Shown here: in pieces, positions 32,095-43,104 of the stretch
Numbering within the stretch: position 1 is the first letter of the stretch
Layout of the letters: each line of letters starts with the position of its first letter
Origin: Macrostomum lignano
Lineage: Eukaryota
Length of the DNA: 64,000 bases
Direction: 5' to 3'
NCBI GenBank assembly: GCA_002269645.1
Contig: NIVC01000356.1
Span: 62,001 to 126,000 of the forward strand
The notes under the pieces: generated by a model
The model's database searches: none
Seen by the model: the letters and a program-made list of their open reading frames with translations, nothing else
What the model was told of the DNA's origin: nothing
Program-made: the position numbers and the translations under genes

Positions 32095-33010
32095 CAGCTG
32101 GGCTAGCTGGGCTCGCAGCTATTTGGGGGGTGGCTAGCTGGGGTGGCTATCTGGGTTCGCTAGCTGGGCTCGCAGCTATTTGGGGGGTGGCTAGCTGGGG
32201 TAGCTATCTGGGTTCGCTAGCTGGGCTCGCAGCTATTTGGGGGTGGCTAGCTGGGGTGGCTATCTGGGTTCGCTAGCTGGGCTCGTAGCTATTTGGGGGT
32301 GGCTAGCTGGGGTGGCTATCTGGGTTCGCTAGCTGGGCTCGCAGCTATTTGGGGTGGCTATCTGGGTTCGCTAGCTGGGCTCGTAGCTAATTGGGGGTGG
32401 CTAGCTGGGGTGGCTATCTGGGTTCGCTAGCTGGGCTCGTAGCTATTTGGGGGGTGGCTAGCTGGGGTGGCTATCTGGGTTCGCTAGCTGAGCTAGCTGG
32501 GCTCGTAGTTATTTGGGGGGTGGCTAGCTGGGGTGGCTATCTGGGTTCGCTAGCTGAGCTAGCTGGGCTCGTAGCTATTTGGGGGGTGGCTAGCTGGGGT
32601 GGCTATCTGGGTTCGCTAGCTGGGGTGGCTATCTGGGTTCGCTAGCTGGGGTGGCTATCTGGGTTCGCTAGCTGGGCTCGTAGCTATTTGGGGGGTGGCT
32701 AGCTGGGGTGGCTATCTGGGTTCGCTAGCTGAGCTAGCTGGGCTCGTAGTTATTTGGGGGGTGGCTAGCTGGGGTAGCTAGTTGGGGTTGCTAGCTGGGG
32801 TCGCTAGCTGGGGTAGCTAGCTGGGGTCGCTAGCTGGGGTAGCTAGCTGGGGTCGCTAGCTGGGGGTCGCTAGCTGGGGTCGCTAGCTGGGGGGGTCGCT
32901 AGCTGGGGTCGCTAGCTTGGGGGTCGCTAGCTGGGGGGTCGCTAGCTGGGGTCGCTAGCTGGGGGGTCGCTAGCTGGGGTCGCTAGCTGGGGGGTCGCTA
33001 GCGGGGGGGG
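32095..33010 (+). repeat. G-rich GCTAGCTGGGG-based compound minisatellite
   Basis: About 55-bp units grading into 13-15-bp units. Confidence 0.88.
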
Positions 33011-33769
33011 TAGTAAGCTGAGAGGTAAGATTTTTATTTAAAGTTAACCTCACCAGTCAAATAAACCCTGGCGTGATCCACTGACGAGTCGAACCTACTT
33101 TGAAGTTTCTGTCCGAGGTCACGGCCGAGCATCCTTTTAATAATTCTACGTATCTGCTCGGTCATAACTAATTGACGTTGTAAAACATGAGGCAAGGTGC
33201 TAACTGGCTGAGAGCGCACAAATTCGCGCACATCAGTTAAGTATTAACTGCTTCATTATCTGAAATGAGGTGGCATTAAAAAAATAAATTTTCCTTGTAC
33301 GCAGACTGCGTACAATTTAATAAAAGTTCCATTTCACTGTACAGAAAGTTCGTTTTAGGAGGCCAAATTAAACTTCAGTGTACAAAAGCTGTGCAAAGTA
33401 CACGTGAAGTACACGCTGCTTTTTCAGATACGGAATTTGACTGCCTCAGGAAACGCCATTCTTCTACGAAAGTGTATCATCTGAACTTGTTAGATATTTT
33501 CTTCACGGAGCCTAAGAATTCTGTACTTTGCGGTTTCTTTTCATCAAGAATTGGAGTCACTGACTAAAGTCGAACCGGCTACCCAAGTAGCTTCATTTAT
33601 CGCATCGTTAGTGGCAGTCTGAGGATCAATGTCAAACTGCTTGCTCGGTATATGCAAGCAAGACTTTAAGTCTATTGTTTCTTTGGCAGCTGTTGTTTCT
33701 ATATTAATTTTGCCTTTCTGACGATCAGAACGTTTCATATGCTGTTTGAAAAAAGGCTAAAGCTGAGAT

Positions 33770-34790
33770 TGGATTACTGGGGAAATTGCTGAGATGTCAA
33801 GGCTTACTGGGGGAATTGCTGAGATGTCAAGGCTTACTGGGGGAATTGCTGAGATGTCAAGGCTTACTGGGGGAATTGCTGAGATGTCGAGGCTTACTGG
33901 AGGAATTGCTGAGATGTCAAGGCTTACTGGGGGAATTGCTGAGATGTCGAGGCTTACTGGGGGAATCGCTGAGATGTCAAGGCTTACTGGGGGAATTGCT
34001 GAGATGTCGAGGCTTACTGGGGGAATTGCTGAGATGTCGAGGCTTACTGGGGGAATTGCTGAGATGTCAAGGCTTACTGGGGGAATTGCTGAGATGTCGA
34101 GGCTTACTGGGGGAATTGCTGAGATGTCGAGGCTTACTGGGGGAATTGCTGAGATGTCAAGGCTTACTGGGGGAATTGCTGAGATGTCGAGGCTTACTGG
34201 GGGAATTGCTGAGATGTCGAGGCTTACTGGGGGAATTGCTGAGATGTCGAGGCTTACTGGGGGAATTGCTGAGATGTCGAGGCTTACTGGGGGAATTGCT
34301 GAGATGTCAAGGCTTACTGGGGAATTGCTGAGATGTCGAGGCTTACTGGGGGAATTGCTGAGATGTCAAGGCTTACTGGGGGAATTGCTGAGATGTCGAG
34401 GCTTACTGGGGGAATTGCTGAGATGTCGAGGCTTACTGGGGGAATTGCTGAGATGTCAAGGCTTACTGGGGGAATTGCTGAGATGTCGAGGCTTACTGGG
34501 GAATTGCTGAGATGTCAAGGCTTACTGGGGGAATTGCTGAGATGTCGAGGCTTACTGGGGGAATTGCTGAGATGTCAAGGCTTACTGGGGGAATTGCTGA
34601 GATGTCGAGGCTTACTGGGGGAATTGCTGAGATGTCGAGGCTTACTGGGGGAATTGCTGAGATGTCAAGGCTTACTGGGGGAATTGCTGAGATGTCAAGG
34701 CTTACTGGGGGAATTGCTGAGATGTCGAGGCTTACTGGGGGAATTGCTGAGATGTCGAGGCTTACTGGGGGAATTGCTGAGATGTCAAGA
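33770..34790 (+). repeat. 30-bp minisatellite (GAATTGCTGAGATGTC(A/G)AGGCTTACTGGGG), about 34 copies
   Basis: Direct periodicity. Confidence 0.95.
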
Positions 34791-35619
34791 CTGAGAGAGA
34801 TCAGAAGCTACATGTAGTTTATTCAAAAAAAAATTTCATTCTTTGAATAACTTTACTCGATTAAGGTGATTTATCAAACCGAACAAGGAAGGCTTTTAAC
34901 AAAATGCGCTTTAGTTTTAAAGGATTTTCATAAATACTTTTTGTCTCTTGCTAATTGGGCGCTCCCTTGGGAGGCACTAGATTGCTAGAACTAGGGAGCA
35001 TAGACAGAAAAGTTACGCAGTCCAACAATACCCTCTTAAATTTCACACGTGAAAGGTTCAGAATACGTATTGGATATCGGTATTATCGCAATACTCGTAT
35101 ACTAAAATGAGTCTAAATTTAAACTGGGATAAGTGTCTTACATCAAAGTGTTAAGAACCCACATTGAATGTACAGTTAGTGAGTAGGGGCAGAGCATAAG
35201 CCCAAAGTTGCATTGATGGCGTACATGCGTTACTACGCTTACTGGAACAATAGAACATGACCTTGGACTTGATCGTGTAATGACATTTAGGACATTTTCC
35301 AATAACTTTTTGTACTATTGATAATATACGTCTGTTAATAACTACCATGAGAATGAGTAATCCGTGAAAAAAAACTATTTAAAGAGCTTGTTTAACTCAT
35401 TTTTCTAAAAAGAATTGCTTTCCTCTCGCTGCCGTACAGACAGATAAATAGTTCGCTTATCTTTTCTACTGCACAGATCGGACCATTTTAAAGGTTACGT
35501 GAGGAATGTGCATCGGCTGATTCTTAGGGTAAGGTAAATAAGATAACTGACAAAATTGACCTTGATTCAATATATATTTATATTGCTTTAAATTAGTGCT
35601 TTAGTATTTTGAATTTTAT

Positions 35620-35735
35620 AAACTGGGAAGATTAGGGATTGGAATGCCTGGGGATGGGACTGGGAAGATTAGGGATTGGAATGCCTGGGGATGGGACTGG
35701 CAAGCTTAGGGATTAGAATGCCTGGGTATGGGACA
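35620..35735 (+). repeat. 37-bp tandem repeat, 3 copies
   Basis: CTGGGAAGATTAGGGATTGGAATGCCTGGGGATGGGA. Confidence 0.8.
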
Positions 35736-35962
35736 GTCTGAGAATCAAAATGTTGATAATAAAGAGTTTGTTAATAACGCGGAACCTGGCTAAATCTGCT
35801 AAACAGTTGAAAGACAGCAAAATTAAAACTAAAACCAACCAAACTTAAATTAACAAAACACAATTGCGACCATTTGTATATTAACATAGCGACAGCAAAT
35901 CAATGAATAAATAAAATCTAGATAGAATGTCAATAGGATCTCTCGAAGCATACAGCAGCAAC

Positions 35963-38717
35963 CTACAATGCGGTACTTCTAGACAGCCTTGCCGACCACA
36001 GGTAGAACGGCAGGCCGACCACAGCGGCCAGTACTGCCACTCCTGCGGTGAACAGGCTGCGCGAAATCCACTGTGCTCGGCTTGCTAGAAGTCTTTTGTA
36101 CAGCCGGACCGCTTGATCCCTGCTGTGCGCCTCGCTGTGCTGGTTGTCAATCACCACAGTAGCCTTGGTTACCTTCGAGTCTAATGGCAGCTGGGCTGCG
36201 ATGCGCTGCTTGGCCTGGCGGTGGAGGAGAGAGCTTGAAATAATTACCACTTTTATTTATTAACCCTGCAGAGATTGACATTAGTTGCCTCTCCGCTCCC
36301 CATCAGTGCTTGAGAATCTGCCTCTCCGCTCCCCATCAGTGCTTGAGAATCTGCCTCTCCGCTCCCCAAGTGCTTGAGAATCTGCCTCTCCGCTCCCCAA
36401 GTGCTTGAGAATCTGCCTCTCCGCTCTCCATCAGTGGTTGAGAATTTGCCTCTCCGCTCCCCATCAGTGCTTGAGAATCTGCCTCTCCGCTCCCCAAGTG
36501 CTTGAGAATCTGCCTCTCCGCTCCCCAAGTGCTTGAGAATCTGCCTCTCCGCTCTCCATCAGTGCTTGAGAATCTGCCTCTCCGCTCCCCAAGTGCTTGA
36601 GAATCTGCCTCTCCGCTCTCCATCAGTGCTTGAGAATCTGCCTCTCCGCTCCCCATCAGTGCTTGAGAATCTGCCTCTCCGCTCCCCAAGTGCTTGAGAA
36701 TCTGCCTCTCCGCTCCCCAAGTGCTTGAGAATCTGCCTCTCCGCTCTCCATCAGTGGTTGAGAATTTGCCTCTCCGCTCCCCATCAGTGCTTGAGAATCT
36801 GCCTCTCCGCTCCCCAAGTGCTTGAGAATCTGCCTCTCCGCTCCCCAAGTGCTTGAGAATCTGCCTCTCCGCTCTCCATCAGTGCTTGAGAATCTGCCTC
36901 TCCGCTCCCCAAGTGCTTGAGAATCTGCCTCTCCGCTCTCCATCAGTGCTTGAGAATCTGCCTCTCCGCTCTCCATCAGTGCTTGAGAATCTGCCTCTCC
37001 GCTCTCCATCAGTGCTTGAGAATCTGCCTCTCCGCTCTCCATCAGTGCTTGAGAATCTGCCTCTCCGCTCTCCATCAGTGCTTGAGAATCTGCCTCTCTT
37101 CTCCATCAGTGCTTGAGAATCTGCCTCTCCGCTCTCCATCAGTGCTTGAGAATCTGCCTCTCCGCTCCCAATCAGTGCTTGAGAATCTGCCTCTCTCCGC
37201 TCCCCAAGTGCTTGAGAATCTGCCTCTCCGCTCCCCATCAGTGTTTGAGAATCTGCCTTTCTTTTAGCTTCCGCAATTCAGCGATTAACTGCACCCACCT
37301 GTTCCACGGTCAGCTGAGGATTTCGCTTCATCAGTCTCTTCAGCTGCTGCTCGGGGCGGCAGTAAACAACGACAACTTCGGTCAGCCAGGGGAGCATGCC
37401 GGCGCCAGACTTCTCAAACAGCAGCGGCAATTCCAGCACAACAACTTGCTCCAGCATAAAGAAATGATAAATCAACTGGTAGGCAATCTCTCTGTAAACA
37501 GTAGGATGCACGATTGCATTCAATTTGGCCCGCTTGCCAGCGTCGGCAAACACGATGGCGCCCAGTCGGTCCCTGTCAATCTCGTCAGAGTCTGGCAGCA
37601 GCACGCCTGGCCCGAATTCTCGCACAACCTGGGCCCAGGCTGGCTGGCGCGGCTCCAGCGCCGACTTGGCCACCGAATCGGCGTCGATCACCAGCACGCC
37701 CATTCGGCGCAGCTGGTCCGCCACCGTTGACTTGCCCGACGCGATGCCGCCGGTTAGACCGACCAGGTACTGAAGGCGAGGGGGTGGTGGGGCTTGAGGT
37801 GCAGTGGAATTTGACGGGGTTATTGATTCGGGGGTGGTGTAGTTTGAGAGGTGGTGGGTTTTGAGGTGGTGGGGTTTGGGGTGGTGGGGTTTGGGGTGGT
37901 GGCATTTGAAGGTTGGAGTTGAGGGTTGGTGGGAGTTCATGGTAGGTGGGGTTTGAGGTTTGGTGGGAGTTGAGGGTTGGTGGGAGTGCAGGGGTGGTGG
38001 GAGTTGAGCGGTGGTGGGAGTTCAGGGTTGGTGGGGTTTGAGGGTTGGTGGGGTTTGAGGGTTGGTGGGGTTTGAGGGTTGGTGGGGTTGAGGGTTGGTG
38101 GGAGTTGAGGGTTGGTGGGAGTTGAGGGTTGGTGGGGTTTGAGGGTTGGTGGGGTTTGAGGGTTGGTGGGGTTTGAGGGTTGGTGGGAGTTAAGGGTTGG
38201 TGGGGTTTGAGGGTTGGTGGGAGTTGAGGGTTGGTGGGAGTTGAGGGGTGGTGGGAGTTGAGGGGTGGTGGGAGTTGAGGGGTGGTGGGAGTTGAGGGGT
38301 GGTGGGAGTTGAGGGTTGGTGGGAGTTGAGGGGTGGTGGGAATTGAGGGATGGTGGGCTCGTTGTAAGTATTGTGTTGGGTTTCTTAATTCTAAATATAA
38401 GAGCATTATGTCTAACTAGACTTTAGTAGATGTTGATTTTTATCTCAGTTTTTTGGTAGGGTTTGAAGGGCGTCAGACATCAAATGAAGGATTTTTTAAA
38501 CTATGTATGAAAATATCAATAAATACAATGGAAAGCAACAAAAAATAACTTGTTTAAAAGCAAGTTTGTTTTATCGCACAAAATCACTTTGAAATACAAC
38601 TATTAAATGCGCGCAAAAGGCCTTATACATTGCGCAAACTACAACTTGATAAGAACACACTAGAACAGAGAAATGACGCAAAAGCCAATTATGGCAACAA
38701 AAGCAAAACTTTACCAT
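35963..38717 (-). CDS. DCAKD: Dephospho-CoA kinase domain-containing protein, about 241 aa with a C-terminal hydrophobic helix
   Basis: Exons 37769-37299 (YLVGLTGGIASGKST, VIDAD, IDRDRLGAIVF, LNAIVHP, LPLLFE) and 36214-35963 (RIAAQLPL..VIDN). The putative first exon is a lone ATG at 38717-38715 followed by GTAAAG (inferred). Confidence 0.9.
36285..37258 (+). repeat. 31/33-bp minisatellite (GTGCTTGAGAATCTGCCTCTCCGCTCCCCA[TCA/A]) in DCAKD intron 2
   Basis: About 30 copies. Confidence 0.93.
37790..38355 (+). repeat. G/T-rich degenerate array (GGGTTTGAGGGTTGGTG) in DCAKD intron 1
   Basis: Repeated GGG tracts. Confidence 0.88.
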
Positions 38718-38899
38718 AGTCTAAAGTTTGAAATTCAAATACAAACAATTTTTACGATTCTACATGTATGAACTAGAAAACTAGGACTGAAGTTCAATAA
38801 AAATTCTGTGCGTAGGACTAAAACAAGTTTGCAAAGTATTCAGTTGTAGGTTAAATGACAGGTTAAACAATTGATAATTACACGAAGTTTTCTTTAATA

Positions 38900-41145
38900 C
38901 CCATCTGCTGACAGACACCTGACCCCATCAGCTGATAGAGACATCTGACCCCATCAGCTGACAGACACCTGACCCCATCAGCTGACACAGACATCTGACC
39001 CCATCAGCTGACAGACATCTGACCCCATCAGCTGACAGACACCTGACCCCATCAGCTGATAGAGACATCTGACCCCATCAGCTGACAGACACCTGACCCC
39101 ATCAGCTGATAGAGACATCTGACCTCATCAGCTGACACAGACATCTGACCCCATCAGCTGACACAGACATCTGACCCCATCAGCTGACAGACATCTGACC
39201 CCATCAGCTGACAGAAATCTAACCCCATCAGCTGATAAAGACATCTGACCCCATCAGCTGACAGACATCTGACCCCATCAGCTGACACAAAACTGACCCA
39301 TCAGCTGACAGACAGCTGACCACATCAGCTGATACAGACATCTGACCCCATCAGCTGACACAAAACTGACCCATCAGCTGACAGACAGCTGACCACATCA
39401 GCTGATACAGACATCTGACCCCATCAGCTGACACAAAACTGACCCATCAGCTGACAGACAGCTGACCACATCAGCTGATACAGACATCTGACCCCATCAG
39501 CTGACACAAAACTGACCCATCAGCTGACAGACATCTGACCCCATCAGCTGACAGACATCTGACCCCATCAGCTGACAGACATCTGACCCCATCAGCTGAT
39601 ACAGACATCTGACCCCATCAGCTGACAGACATCTGACCCCATCAGCTGACACAAAACTGACCCATCAGCTGACAGACATCTGACCCCATCAGCTGACAGA
39701 CATCTGAACCCATCAGCATCAGCTGACACAAAACTGACCCATCAGCTGACAGACAGCTGACCACATCAGCTGATACAGACATCTGACCCCATCAGCTGAC
39801 ACAAAACTGACCCATCAGCTGACAGACATCTGACCCCATCAGCTGACAGAAATCTAACCCTATCAGCTGATAAAGACATCTGACCCCATCAGCTGACAGA
39901 CATCTGACCCCATCAGCTGATACAGACATCTGACCCCATCAGCTGACAGACATCTGACCCCATCAGCTGACAGACATCTGACCCCATCAGCTGACAGACA
40001 TCTGACCCCATCAGCTGACACAGACATCTGACCCCATCAGCTGACAGACATCTGACCCCATCAGCTGACAGACACCTGACCCCATCAGCTGATAGAGACA
40101 TCTGACCCCATCAGCTGACAGACACCTGACCCCATCAGCTGATAGAGACATCTGACCTCATCAGCTGACACAGACATCTGACCCCATCAGCTGACACAGA
40201 CATCTGACCCCATCAGCTGACAGACATCTGACCCCATCAGCTGACAGAAATCTAACCCCATCAGCTGATAAAGACATCTGACCCCATCAGCTGACAGACA
40301 TCTGACCCCATCAGCTGACACAAAACTGACCCATCAGCTGACAGACAGCTGACCACATCAGCTGATACAGACATCTGACCCCATCAGCTGACACAAAACT
40401 GACCCATCAGCTGACAGACAGCTGACCACATCAGCTGATACAGACATCTGACCCCATCAGCTGACACAAAACTGACCCATCAGCTGACAGACAGCTGACC
40501 ACATCAGCTGATACAGACATCTGACCCCATCAGCTGACACAAAACTGACCCATCAGCTGACAGACATCTGACCCCATCAGCTGACAGACATCTGACCCCA
40601 TCAGCTGACAGACATCTGACCCCATCAGCTGATACAGACATCTGACCCCATCAGCTGACAGACATCTGACCCCATCAGCTGACACAAAACTGACCCATCA
40701 GCTGACAGACATCTGACCCCATCAGCTGACAGACATCTGAACCCATCAGCATCAGCTGACACAAAACTGACCCATCAGCTGACAGACAGCTGACCACATC
40801 AGCTGATACAGACATCTGACCCCATCAGCTGACACAAAACTGACCCATCAGCTGACAGACATCTGACCCCATCAGCTGACAGAAATCTAACCCTATCAGC
40901 TGATAAAGACATCTGACCCCATCAGCTGACAGACATCTGACCCCATCAGCTGATACAGACATCTGACCCCATCAGCTGACAGACATCTGACCCCATCAGC
41001 TGACAGACATCTGACCCCATCAGCTGACAGACATCTGACCCCATCAGCTGACACAAAACTGACCCATCAGCTGACAGACATCTGACCCCATTAGCTGACA
41101 CAAAACTGACCCATAAGCTGACAGACAGCTGACCACATCAACTGA
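38900..41145 (+). repeat. About 24-26-bp minisatellite (CCCCATCAGCTGACAGACATCTGA) with a 1033-bp higher-order duplication
   Basis: Diagnostic variants recur at a +1033 offset (e.g. 39121/40154 and 39704/40737). Confidence 0.92.
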
Positions 41146-41593
41146 AAGGCAGCAATCCCATCAACTTGTATGCAGCAGTCGCAGCCTTCCTGTACATCTC
41201 TGGCTCAACAGAGCTCATATCACGAAACGTATATGCCTTTAGCGTCCAAGACACTGGGCCTGGCGTCTGACTCTCGTAGCAATTCAACAGTTCACCAATA
41301 ATTTCAATGCGCTGATGCATTGGGGGCGGAGTGTCCACGTCAAGTAGTGACAGGTCGACAAGTATTGTGTTCTGATTAGCAGAGGCTGCAGTCAGGGATG
41401 ATTGGCAAGTCTCATCACGCAGTACAGCGATGCAGCTCTCAGCATTCAGGCTGACCAGTCTGCCTAATGTTCGAATGTGACAAGGCGATGCAGACTGGCG
41501 CTGTTGCTGCTGATGACACAGTTGAGGCATCAGGGGGCTGGAGCCATTAATCAGCTCACTGATAATTAGATAGGTGCAGCTATTATTTGTAGC
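41138..41593 (-). CDS. TEN1: TEN1-like OB-fold protein (CST complex subunit); first exon not identified
   Basis: HIRTLGRL, ILVDLSLL, IEIIGEL and TLKAYTFRDMSSVEPEMYRKA parallel human TEN1 TLRTFGRL, VLVCTKLV, YIVLGEL and VVKARVLTCVEGMNLPLLEQA. A CAG acceptor lies at 41596-41594. Confidence 0.68.
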   Translation of the reverse strand, partial: ATNNSCTYLIISELINGSSPLMPQLCHQQQQRQSASPCHIRTLGRLVSLNAESCIAVLRDETCQSSLTAASANQNTILVDLSLLDVDTPPPMHQRIEIIGELLNCYESQTPGPVSWTLKAYTFRDMSSVEPEMYRKAATAAYKLMGLLPFS

Positions 41594-43104
41594 CTGCAAA
41601 CGATAGTTTTATGACATTATATAGGCCTACTGTAACATTTTATTGAAAGAACTTTTGCCATAGTTTTATTTCTAACCAAAACAGGATTTTGCTAGTTTTT
41701 TTATATTTGATAGTCAAATTAAAAGCCAAAGTTATATAAGAAGACAGAGAATTATTTAATGAAATGAAAATAACTTACTAATAACTTTGTATATGCATCA
41801 ATTATATAAATAGTTGTCCAAAATTCTAAAATTCTAGCAAATATTAAGGACTATTAAAAAAATATAAATTAGTCTTTAGTCTAAGATAACTATATCAGCT
41901 TTCATTTGAGACTGATTTCAACCAAATTTATTGTATAGTTCTAACCATATACTCGTAATGTCTAAGAAAAGGCAGATTGAATTCTTGTATGAACTAGAAA
42001 ACAATAATTAGGCCTATTAAGAAATTGCCAAACTTTTTGGGGCTCAATAGTGACATTGTCTAAAAAGTACAAAAACTCCTATAACTCAGCCCCAAAGCAC
42101 ATAGCATCCATAGTTTGGAAGGTGACATATATGCCAAGATTTCCTAACATACAACAAGGGTAGGCTTACTTGCCTTTTTTCAGCATATATCAGTATACAT
42201 CCTAGCATAGATACATTTTTTGTCCCAGCATAAAAATGAGAACCTTTTTATTATTCTCCCACTAGACTTAATATACACTAATACACAATCTGAACTATGG
42301 CCTAGCATCAATCATGATGCTTGGTATTAATGTTTTGAATAATATAAAAATACCACTAGGTCAAAGTTTGATCAAGGATACAAACTAGTATATAGAGACA
42401 CTAAAATAACTAAGCTGTCACTTGCGACCAAAATTTTGAAACACTATAAAATTTTTCTTTTTTATTTATTGTGTCTTTGATTATCACTTAAATTTAATAT
42501 GGCAATTAAAATATATTTTCCCTCTTTAGGGTTTATATTTTTTAACCTTTTGAATATAGGATTTATAGGCCTATGGTTTATAATTAAAATGGGTATTTAT
42601 TTAATTACATAAATGATGCAAAAAACTAGCAAAACTTTGATTAGAAGGCAAGCCTAATCTAGCTTAGCCAATAACTTAATAAGGTAACAATAAGCAGTTA
42701 ACAGAGGTCAAGGTTAGATATAAATGATCAAAGAAAAGCTAAATATTTATTTATCTAGCTAGGGCTATGGTGATAGTGCCATCCTTTTAATCTTGTTCTT
42801 GTTTGTTATACACTAGATTTTTCTAAAGATACAAGATTTTTGCTATGTGATAAATAAGGATTTTTAAGTTTACTAAAAAATATTTTTTCTCAATTATTTG
42901 CTTTTTAAATCATATTGAACTAGGTGTAGTTAAGTATGAATTTATAGCAAGTGGTCTAATGTAAAACCATTTACTTATTTATTTTAATGCAATTATAGTT
43001 GTGTTATCTGTTATAAACAAATTTGCTTTTATAAACAAACAAGCTGTTGAAATCCGTGGAATTTGAACCAAGGGAATTCCAATCCCCGGAACTATTTTTG
43101 CATG

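Noticed and set aside
33034-33738. Short minus-strand ORFs as upstream IAP exons
   Set aside because: The IAP ATG at 32016 has an in-frame upstream stop and no compatible acceptor, and no motif was recognised.
37790-38355. Interstitial telomeric repeat
   Set aside because: There are no runs of TTAGGG; it is only G/T-rich.
1-41145. Tandem arrays as CRISPR arrays
   Set aside because: The units are contiguous with no unique spacers, there are no cas genes, and the context is eukaryotic.
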